Source of the DNA: Cyanobacteriota bacterium
GTDB taxonomy: Bacteria > Cyanobacteriota > Cyanobacteriia > PCC-6307 > Cyanobiaceae
Direction: 5' to 3'
Assembly (NCBI GenBank): GCA_046052125.1
Contig: JBJOMY010000004.1
Location: 279,187-343,186 of the forward strand
Length of the DNA: 64,000 nt
The notes under the pieces were generated by a model. That model ran no database searches and was not told the origin of the DNA. It saw only the letters and a program-made list of their open reading frames with translations. A program made the position numbers and the translations under genes. This document shows, piece after piece, positions 56,800 through 64,000 of the stretch (the stretch's first letter is position 1; each line of letters begins with the position of its first letter).

Positions 56800-57300
56800 T
56801 CAGAACAATCCGCGAGGCATCGATAGTCCGGCGGGTCGTTGGCTGGGTTCTGTGTTGTGGTGATCGGGGTGTGTCTCTGCGCTGGAAGCGGCGATTGCTT
56901 CAAAGCGAATATTCAGATTCAGCTTGTCGGGCCCAAGGGCCGTGGCCTGGGTCACGAGCACAGCGGTTTGCCCCTGGGGTGTGCCATCCACGCTTTTCCC
57001 TGCAGGCGGTGCCCACGTGGCTGAAAATCCCCAGGCTCCAATCGTGGTGCGGATGGGTTGTTCTGCGTAGCCAGCTTTGCTGAGTGATGCGCGGAGTTGG
57101 TCGAGCAATCCCTGAGGTGTTCCTTTGAGCTGACCATTCAGCCCTGTTTGTCCAATGGCGTTGGCTGTGAACAGGGTTGCGAGTGATCCCTTTGCAGCAG
57201 CAGGTAGAGCCTTCAGCAGTGCGGATGGCGCCTCCGCGAATGCGGCTGACCCACCCAGAAGCACCATCACTGCCGCGATTGCCGAGATCCGCTTCGACAT
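56800..57300 (-). CDS. Hypothetical secreted protein
   Basis: Signal 'AAFA-EA'. Confidence 0.6.
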   Translation of the reverse strand: MSKRISAIAAVMVLLGGSAAFAEAPSALLKALPAAAKGSLATLFTANAIGQTGLNGQLKGTPQGLLDQLRASLSKAGYAEQPIRTTIGAWGFSATWAPPAGKSVDGTPQGQTAVLVTQATALGPDKLNLNIRFEAIAASSAETHPDHHNTEPSQRPAGLSMPRGLF

Positions 57301-57442
57301 GAACACTCGTTCTGCAACAGATCCTTCATAGGCATGGAGCCCAGCTGCGGCAACAGCTCAAACCTGTAGGCAAAGCCCACCGCTCGATCACGGTCCGTTG
57401 ATCCCGAATCCAGCGCAGGTTCTTCGACTGGCTTAAGAGCGC

Positions 57443-57601
57443 TCAGCCCAACGCTTGCTGCAGGAGCGCTTTGAGCTCTTCCAGCTGATCGTGGTTGAGC
57501 ATCCAGTCGCCTTCCACGTCTTTGGTGATGTGGGATGCCTCCAGCATCCAGCCGTCTTCCAGTTGCTCTAAGAGGAAGTTCTTGGAATCAAAACGGGCCA
57601 T
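57443..57601 (-). CDS. Small protein (52 aa)
   Basis: MARFDSKNFLLEQLEDGWMLEASHITKDVEGDWMLNHDQLEELKALLQQALG, read by hand. Confidence 0.5.
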   Translation of the reverse strand: MARFDSKNFLLEQLEDGWMLEASHITKDVEGDWMLNHDQLEELKALLQQALG

Positions 57602-57625
57602 CGCAACCTTGCGAACACCACTGTC

Positions 57626-57835
57626 TTAGCCATCAACCCCCGGGGCTGCCTCTGTGCCATGAGTGTTCCGCCGCGCCGCGATCAGCCGCCGAGCCGGACC
57701 TGCGGCCACTTCTCCCACGAGCACGGCCGTGCCAATCATGAGCAAAACCCTTGCGGCACTGGCAATCATGTGCAGCGCCATCTCCTGAGTACTCAGCGCC
57801 TCATGGCTGGCGCTTGATGTTGTGTTGTGTGTCAT
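57626..57835 (-). CDS. Small hypothetical protein
   Basis: 69-aa ORF with one hydrophobic segment. Confidence 0.4.
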   Translation of the reverse strand: MTHNTTSSASHEALSTQEMALHMIASAARVLLMIGTAVLVGEVAAGPARRLIAARRNTHGTEAAPGVDG

Positions 57836-57980
57836 CTCGACCTCACCGATACCCAGGTCATAGGAGCGATCCAACGGGCTCGGATCGTTTGCAGCGGCGT
57901 TGCAGCAAGCGCAAGGATCAGCCGCGCTGCGCTTGATCGAGGGCTCCGCGCTGTGCGTGGATGGAAGTTCTTCTGTTGCG

Positions 57981-58256
57981 ATGACACCCGAGCTCGCGGC
58001 CTGCGTTCTCGAGGGTTTGCTGCAGCTCCATGAGGAGCTTTCGGTGGACCCAGAAGCCCCCTGGTATGTGGGGATGCCCGATCAGACCCAGGTGCTGCAC
58101 GACGAGCTCTGGATCCTGGCGGGAGAACTTTCCCCCCGCTCCCCTGGGGCACTGGTGGAGGCCTGGTATGCATCGGGTCGCTCGAGCTTGTTGCCGGTGG
58201 CCTGCACCGGTGAGTTGGTGAGCAGCCGCCATCAGGCGGATTGCATCAGCCGGTAG
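57981..58256 (+). CDS. Hypothetical protein
   Basis: 91-aa ORF. Confidence 0.45.
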   Translation: MTPELAACVLEGLLQLHEELSVDPEAPWYVGMPDQTQVLHDELWILAGELSPRSPGALVEAWYASGRSSLLPVACTGELVSSRHQADCISR

Positions 58257-58320
58257 TGGTAAGTGGGCTGTTGAGTGTCTGAAATTGACCAGCCCATCGC
58301 ATCAATCAGCTGCAACGCGG

Positions 58321-58633
58321 TTTTCCACACGCACGTGCACAGGTTGTTGATCATGAACCGACAGGATTGCTTCTCTTTCGCTGGGACCAGTCCTCGCAGC
58401 GCGCGACAACAACAGAAACGTCGGATCCCGAGCTCGAAGCACGACTCGCTTGTCGTGATGTGGGACGCGTTGGGCTGGAATGGTTTGCGGTGAACATTTG
58501 CTTGCGGCGGTGGTCGCCTCCGCAGGCGAGGTGGCTGCTGTTCGTCCCCAGAGCTGTTTCCCCGAAGAGGGAATCAAATCCCAGATGGGTCGGCGAGTCC
58601 TTGCTGAGACGCTTGTGGAAAAGCTGTGGAAAA
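58321..58633. promoter_or_regulatory. Three TTTTCCACA (cyanobacterial DnaA-type) boxes
   Basis: 58321-58329 (+); 58614-58622 and 58625-58633 (reverse, TGTGGAAAA). Confidence 0.5.
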
Positions 58634-58687
58634 TCAGGTTTGGGGTGGTTGATTGGCTCCGTGGTGAGGTGGCCGATCCTTTGCGCC

Positions 58688-59419
58688 CTACTGGAACAGG
58701 GTGTTCAGCAGGTTGGTGAGGGTGTTGCCAGTTCCTGCGCTTCCAGGAGTGGACCCGTACTGGTTGCGTTGCTGGGTCGCCACGAGCTTGTAATCCCCGA
58801 AGCGGAACACGCCGGTGTTGCCGTGATCCACGAAGGCCACCGGCCAGACACCGCCAAAACCATCGCGAATCTCAAAGCGGCCGCCCAGTTGCTGGAACAC
58901 GTAGCGGTTGCCGTTCTGCAGCGTCACCTCGTAACGGTTCTGGCCGCCTTGCATCACCTGTTTGAGCAGGCACGGCCCGTCGTAAACGCGCTGGGCGCTG
59001 CGGCTCAGGCTGCACAGGCCCGAGTCGCGCGCCACCTGGGCCTGGCCTGGCCGCAGCCCACCGCCACCACCGAACAGCTGTTGTGTTAAGCCACTCGCGA
59101 CCTCACGTTCGCTCCAGCCGTCCTTCCAGCAGGTGCGCCGGCTCACGCTGCAGGCCTGGCCCGTGCTGAGGCGAAAGTCGCGGCTGTTGCTATCACTCAG
59201 CGCGCGCGTGAGCTGATTGGCGGCTTTCTTCCCGTACACCTCCTTGGTGATGCCGATGGAGGGGCCATAGCTGTCGTAGCAAACCCGGCCGATGCCATCG
59301 CACACCACGCCCTGTCGTGGGTAGCTGAGCCCCGAGGGTTGGGCTTGAACGGCGCTGGCACCGAGCACCAGCAGGCACAGTCCACCGGCTATCAGGCCGC
59401 AGCGCTGAACAGCAGACAT
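58688..59419 (-). CDS. YcgJ/Fels-1-like secreted protein
   Basis: Signal peptide, 'YPRQGVVCD..CYDSYGPSIGIT'. Confidence 0.55.
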   Translation of the reverse strand: MSAVQRCGLIAGGLCLLVLGASAVQAQPSGLSYPRQGVVCDGIGRVCYDSYGPSIGITKEVYGKKAANQLTRALSDSNSRDFRLSTGQACSVSRRTCWKDGWSEREVASGLTQQLFGGGGGLRPGQAQVARDSGLCSLSRSAQRVYDGPCLLKQVMQGGQNRYEVTLQNGNRYVFQQLGGRFEIRDGFGGVWPVAFVDHGNTGVFRFGDYKLVATQQRNQYGSTPGSAGTGNTLTNLLNTLFQ

Positions 59420-59512
59420 GGGGAGGTGAAAAGCTGTTGGCAACGTAGACAGAGGCTGGCCGGTTGCCATCCCCTGCTGGCAAAGCGCGGAGTTGGAGAC
59501 GATCATGGGGCG

Positions 59513-60268
59513 ATGAGAATCACGGCGCCCCTTCGACTGCGGCCAGACGCCATTCGTGCCCGGGAGCCGCACTTCCCGTTGTTCCTGTTGGCAGCACTGC
59601 TGCCGATCCTGCTGTTTCCCTTCGCCGATCTGGATGGCACGCCGCTGCAGCGGTTGATGTTGCCGCTGTCGGTCACGCTGCTCGTGGTCGAATCGCTGCT
59701 GGCGTTACCCGCGTGGGTGGCGCGCCTTGGTCCGTTACCCGTGAATGCGATCTACCGCGTTCTTGGGGTGATCTCGGCGCTGGGGGTGTGGTGGCCCATC
59801 GTTACGGCTCATCGCCCCCCGCTGATCTGGCACGTCTGCATCCTCTCGCTGCGCTCGGCGTTCTACCTGCTTACGGCGGTTCGGATCATTCAGGTGTTGG
59901 CCAATTCAGATCGTGTGTCTGTGCGCACGTTGTGCCTAGGTGCCGCGGGTTATGTGCATCTGGGCCTCACGGCTGGACTCCTCGCCACTGTGCTTCAGCT
60001 GGTGGACGCCGATAGTTTCAATATCGATATGGCCGGGCTACATGAAGAGCTGATGGCTCGGCTCTCCTATTTCGCCTTCATCACGATCAGCTCATTGGGG
60101 TATGGCGATGTGGTGCCAGCCAGCCCCGTGGGTGAGGTGTTTGCCGTGTTGCTCAGCATCAGCAGCACCCTCTACATCAGCCTGTTGATCGGGCTGTTAT
60201 TGAGCCGCTTCATCGCCTCGCAGGCTCCAAGGCAGCGATCCAGGCAAGCGCTGGAGGACGGGCCATGA
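59513..60268 (+). CDS. Potassium channel family protein
   Basis: 'YFAFITISSLGYGDVVP'. Confidence 0.8.
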   Translation: MRITAPLRLRPDAIRAREPHFPLFLLAALLPILLFPFADLDGTPLQRLMLPLSVTLLVVESLLALPAWVARLGPLPVNAIYRVLGVISALGVWWPIVTAHRPPLIWHVCILSLRSAFYLLTAVRIIQVLANSDRVSVRTLCLGAAGYVHLGLTAGLLATVLQLVDADSFNIDMAGLHEELMARLSYFAFITISSLGYGDVVPASPVGEVFAVLLSISSTLYISLLIGLLLSRFIASQAPRQRSRQALEDGP

Positions 60269-60963
60269 GCGAAACCACCTCCCGAACTCGGCGCCGCGAG
60301 CGATTCTTCCCGTGGTTTTTGCTGGCAACGTTGTTGCCGCTGTTGGTGATGCCTTTCACCAATCTCGAGGGCAATGCCATTCAGAGGCTGCTGTTGCCTG
60401 TTACTGCGCTGTATCTCGTGATAATGGCGCTACGGATTGCACCGGAGGCTGCGCTGCGGATGGGCGCGGTGTCGTTGTTGCCGATCTATCGCGCGCTCGG
60501 CGTGGTGTGTGCGTCTTTGATGTGGTTGCCGTTCATCCTTGGGCACCATGTGGCACACCACTGGCACTTCCCGATCCTTGCCGCGATCTTGGCTTTCTAT
60601 GTGGCCACTGCCGTGGTGATTGTGCTGATCCTGGCTCGTGTGGATCGGGTGAATGAACGGGTGCTCTGTCTTGGTGCGGCTGGCTATATCCATCTCGGTT
60701 TAACGGGTGGCCAGTTGGCCACCACGCTGGAAGTGCTCAGGCCTGGAAGCTTCAGTCTTGGCCAGATGCTGCCCGGCGAGGAGTTGGTGGAGCGGTTGTC
60801 GTACTTCTCCTTTGTGACCCTGGGGTCCCTGGGCTATGGGGATGTGCTCCCCGCAACGGCCGTGGCGGAGAGCTTTGCGGTGCTCCTGAGCATTACAGCG
60901 ACGCTGTATATCACCTTGATGATTGGGTTGTTGTTGAGCCGGTATATCAATTCAAGGGTGTAA
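60265..60963 (+). CDS. Potassium channel family protein (paralogue)
   Basis: 'YFSFVTLGSLGYGDVLP'; ATGA coupling. Confidence 0.8.
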   Translation: MSETTSRTRRRERFFPWFLLATLLPLLVMPFTNLEGNAIQRLLLPVTALYLVIMALRIAPEAALRMGAVSLLPIYRALGVVCASLMWLPFILGHHVAHHWHFPILAAILAFYVATAVVIVLILARVDRVNERVLCLGAAGYIHLGLTGGQLATTLEVLRPGSFSLGQMLPGEELVERLSYFSFVTLGSLGYGDVLPATAVAESFAVLLSITATLYITLMIGLLLSRYINSRV

Positions 60964-60970
60964 CTCTTGC

Positions 60971-63900
60971 TTAGCTGAGATGATCATTGTTGTCTTGGCT
61001 TTCCGTGAGAGGCACGAGGGGCTCTTCTGGTAAATAGGCATCTTGCTGGTTGCTTGTCTCCTGGTTCTTCGCTGTTTCAAATGGATCGGGAGCCTGGGAG
61101 ACCGGTATCTCTGTAATTGCGCCGTTCGTGTTGTCTTGTTCAGAGGCAGGTTTCTCTTGAACATTTTGAATGCTCTTGAGAAGGAGCTGGCCTTTGGATT
61201 CTTCTGGCTCACCAGGGGGGCTTGCCTCTATTGGCTCTCCGGACTGGCTTGATTGGCTGTTGGTTGGATCTTCATCTGGGATTCCATTGCCACGCTTGCC
61301 TGATCCCTTGGAATCTCCCTGACCGGGGTTGGTTGCGTTGCTGTTTTCAAGCTCACCCTTCATTAGTTCCAGGGCACTCGCAAGATTTTCGCCGTCCACT
61401 CTCTCGGGCTCGTACGCAGCATCACTGGGTTCAAAGTCCTTAGGTGCAGGGTTAAATCCTTGATCGAGATTGGTTTGCTGAAGCCCAGGATGAGTGTTTA
61501 GGAATTCGGGTCTGAGACCAGAGGCATCGACGGACGAATGTGGTGTGTTACCCGCAGAATTGGATGCCGCACCAGATGTCAAGACTTGGAGTGTTCCTTC
61601 ATCGGCGACCAGCGTCAATTGACTTTGTCCGTTGGTCCCAGTGGTGACTTTGATCTCTGTGATATGCAAATCCTTGATCTCCTTTTGAATTTGTGAGTCA
61701 AGAGTTGCCAGAGCTTCCGCAACAGCAGCATCAGCCCCGAGGTTGATATAAACACTAATGTCGTCGGCGCTGTCTGGGGCGTCGGCTGGCGGAGGAGGTG
61801 GTGGGGGTGGCGCGCTGCTGCCTTTCTGGCCCGCTGATGGTGGAGTAACGCCTGCGGCGATGTTGGTAATCTCAGCGTGTGTTGTCGTTGTAGCAGTTCC
61901 CGTGTCCACCCACTGCCAATCCGCATGATTTGGACCTCCAGTTGGATGAAGGTTTCGCCATTCTTGGTTCTGCGTTGTTGTTGTTGTAACAGTGAGGTCG
62001 GCGGTGATCCAGTAGTTGCCAACAGGCTCACCTTTCTCGTTGTAAACAATCCACTCCTCAAAAAAACCAAGACGGCCACCCGCCGTCATCGTCGCTGGGG
62101 GCTGAATTATTTCACCAGTGCTTGGGTGCTTCCATGAGGCTCCGCCATGGCTCCATCCAGGTGGTGCTGAGGCGACACCCAGTGTTCTCCCGGATGGATT
62201 GTGGATTGTGGGTGAACCAGTTTGGTGGGTCGTGCCACCATGATTGGTCTGTTGGATGGTCTTGGTCCCTACAAGATTCTGATTGTTCTGAGCCCATTGA
62301 AGTTCTCTTTGTTTGTCCTCCGTGAAATGAATCTGGCCCTTGGCATCGACAGAGACGGTCCCTAAGGCTGATTGGCCAGTTGACTGTGGATGGAGAGGAT
62401 CGAATGGAACACCAGCTTTTGCGATGTAGTAGTGAGCCTGTCCAGGTGCGACGTGTAGATCGGGAAGACTGCCAACGGTCCCAGTAACTTTGCCACCATC
62501 CACGGGTTGTTGTGGGCTCTGAGTTGCCCAGTCTGGGTTCACTCTGAGGAACAATCCAGACGAATCAATAGCCCCACCTGAATCTTGTAGCGTATACATA
62601 ATCGGCGGAATCTGTCCCGTCCCGATAGTGCCCGACCACCCTTTGCTCGGCGTAAAGGTGTAGGCTCCTGAATTCGGGTCAATGTCAATCGTTCCGAGAA
62701 CCTTTCCTTGCGGATCCTCGACGTTCCCGCTGAAATGACCATTCTGTCCCTGAGACAAATGCTGGCCATTTGGCATCATGACATCAGTGATTTTGCAGTT
62801 GGCTTTGGCTCCATTTTCATAGACGGCGTTTTCGGTTAGATTTCCGGAAATGGGTTTATTCTCTGCGCCATCTTTGAATTCATTGTCGTCCTTGAGGGTA
62901 TGCGGGGCTACCGTGATGTGGACGGATGATGTATCGCCAATTGTCTTGCCGTCATCTGTTAGGTTGTAACGAATATCCGGAAGCGCACCCGCAAACCCTG
63001 GCTTTGGTGTGAATGTCAGGTGGCCATCCTTGGAGATCATCAACTCCCCTTCCGGAAGTGTGACCTTTTGCCCCGGGAGGTAGGTTGTATTGCTATTCCC
63101 TATTCGGTAGGAGAGAAGCTCGACTGTTCCGTCTTTTGTGCTTCTTGCGCTTGCGTTATCCAGTATGTTCTTGTCGAGGGTCTGACCCGTTTTGATGGAA
63201 TACGTCTCATTTTCGTCAGTGAAAGGATCATTGACTGGATTGACCTTGATATTGAGATTAGAGGTATCTGTGGAGCCATCAGTAGAGACGACGGTGTAGC
63301 CAACGGTTGGGACATCGCCGTGCCAGTTTGGATCAGGAGTGAAGGTATATTGACCATTTTGTTGGATGTTGATGGAGCCAACACCGGTGATGTTGATTGG
63401 AGTTCCGAAGGAAGCACCGGAGTATGTCTGGCCGTTGATGGTGAAGTCTTTGAGAGTTAGTGCTCCATCAACGGAGGATGTTTTTTCAAGGAGGGTGCCT
63501 GAGACAGGTTTGTCCTGGTCAGTGGAGACCTGTTCATTGTTGTCCGTCCAGTTGTCATCAACTGGAGTGACGTTGATATTGAGAGTTGATTGTTGTCCTG
63601 TATTGGTGGTGTAGGTAACGGTTGGAACGGGACCGTTGTAGTTGTGCTCAGGCGTGAAGGTGTAGCCACCATCAGCTTTGATGGTGATGGTGCCAACGCC
63701 TTGGATGGTGGCGGTGCCGCCAGCCTGAACGTTCTGTCCATTGACCTGGAAGGCAGTAACGGTAAGTGTGCTGTCGATATCTTTGTCGTTACCAAGGACA
63801 TTACCGGTTGCGGTATGGTCTTCCTGAATTGTTTGAGTATCAGGAGCTAGTTTGCTGGGATCATCAACTGGAGTGACGTTGATGTTCAGAGTGGACTGAA

Positions 63901-64000
63901 CATTTTGTCCTGAGCCATCGGTAACGGTGTATGAGGCTTGAGGAATGGGCCCGTTGTAGTTAGGAGCGGATTCAAAGTCGAACTTGCCATCTGAATAGAT
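60971..64000 (-). CDS. Large Ig/cadherin-like repeat surface protein (5' end outside the window)
   Basis: Frame open from 64000 (1009 codons before the stop); repeats 'G.YTFTP..NYNG.VP.V.YT..STLNINVTPVDD'; lower GC. Confidence 0.85.
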   Translation of the reverse strand: MYSDGKFDFESAPNYNGPIPQASYTVTDGSGQNVQSTLNINVTPVDDPSKLAPDTQTIQEDHTATGNVLGNDKDIDSTLTVTAFQVNGQNVQAGGTATIQGVGTITIKADGGYTFTPEHNYNGPVPTVTYTTNTGQQSTLNINVTPVDDNWTDNNEQVSTDQDKPVSGTLLEKTSSVDGALTLKDFTINGQTYSGASFGTPINITGVGSINIQQNGQYTFTPDPNWHGDVPTVGYTVVSTDGSTDTSNLNIKVNPVNDPFTDENETYSIKTGQTLDKNILDNASARSTKDGTVELLSYRIGNSNTTYLPGQKVTLPEGELMISKDGHLTFTPKPGFAGALPDIRYNLTDDGKTIGDTSSVHITVAPHTLKDDNEFKDGAENKPISGNLTENAVYENGAKANCKITDVMMPNGQHLSQGQNGHFSGNVEDPQGKVLGTIDIDPNSGAYTFTPSKGWSGTIGTGQIPPIMYTLQDSGGAIDSSGLFLRVNPDWATQSPQQPVDGGKVTGTVGSLPDLHVAPGQAHYYIAKAGVPFDPLHPQSTGQSALGTVSVDAKGQIHFTEDKQRELQWAQNNQNLVGTKTIQQTNHGGTTHQTGSPTIHNPSGRTLGVASAPPGWSHGGASWKHPSTGEIIQPPATMTAGGRLGFFEEWIVYNEKGEPVGNYWITADLTVTTTTTQNQEWRNLHPTGGPNHADWQWVDTGTATTTTHAEITNIAAGVTPPSAGQKGSSAPPPPPPPPADAPDSADDISVYINLGADAAVAEALATLDSQIQKEIKDLHITEIKVTTGTNGQSQLTLVADEGTLQVLTSGAASNSAGNTPHSSVDASGLRPEFLNTHPGLQQTNLDQGFNPAPKDFEPSDAAYEPERVDGENLASALELMKGELENSNATNPGQGDSKGSGKRGNGIPDEDPTNSQSSQSGEPIEASPPGEPEESKGQLLLKSIQNVQEKPASEQDNTNGAITEIPVSQAPDPFETAKNQETSNQQDAYLPEEPLVPLTESQDNNDHLS
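63555..63883. repeat. 23-bp direct repeat within the Ig-repeat gene
   Basis: TCATCAACTGGAGTGACGTTGAT at 63555-63577 and 63861-63883. Confidence 0.8.

Noticed and set aside
58275..58493. Short ORF near the DnaA-type boxes
   Set aside because: No motif or coupling; cannot be distinguished from chance
58688..59419. Prophage suggested by the Fels-1-like protein
   Set aside because: No integrase, terminase or structural phage genes nearby
1..64000. CRISPR arrays, tRNA/rRNA, IS elements, reverse transcriptases
   Set aside because: No spaced repeats, cloverleafs or transposase/RT motifs seen by eye; short or degenerate elements could be missed

Overview
GC-rich picocyanobacterial (Synechococcus/Cyanobium-type) chromosomal window made mostly of accessory stress and metabolism modules. 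No rRNA, tRNA, CRISPR array, integrase or transposase was recognised. In order: (1) 1-18.2 kb, an ARTO-type (CuA-less) terminal oxidase operon continuing into two GMC oxidoreductases and a GH63-like glucosidase, flanked by a RidA-cupin-gluconolactonase-Nif11 peptide-GlcG-VOC-DoxX operon, a glucose 1-dehydrogenase-like SDR, channel genes and NDH-2; (2) futB/futA and a Crp-family regulator with Fur-like and Crp-like boxes; (3) a persulfide dioxygenase/rhodanese/TauE/ArsR cluster; (4) mixed genes including thiD, an orphan cpcB, arsM and a pentameric ligand-gated channel; (5) a high-light region (RpaB paralogue, three hli genes, ocp-crtW-frp); (6) DUF305, a two-component system and TMEM165; (7) tandem K+-channel-like genes and the 3' end of a large Ig-repeat protein. 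Notable unannotated signals: a LexA-box-preceded 56-aa ORF ending in a beta-clamp-like QGELF motif, a ~80-nt sRNA candidate, three TTTTCCACA DnaA-type boxes, a likely CTG start, and several microproteins below the ORF-track cutoff. All product calls come from motif recognition by eye; no database searches were run.
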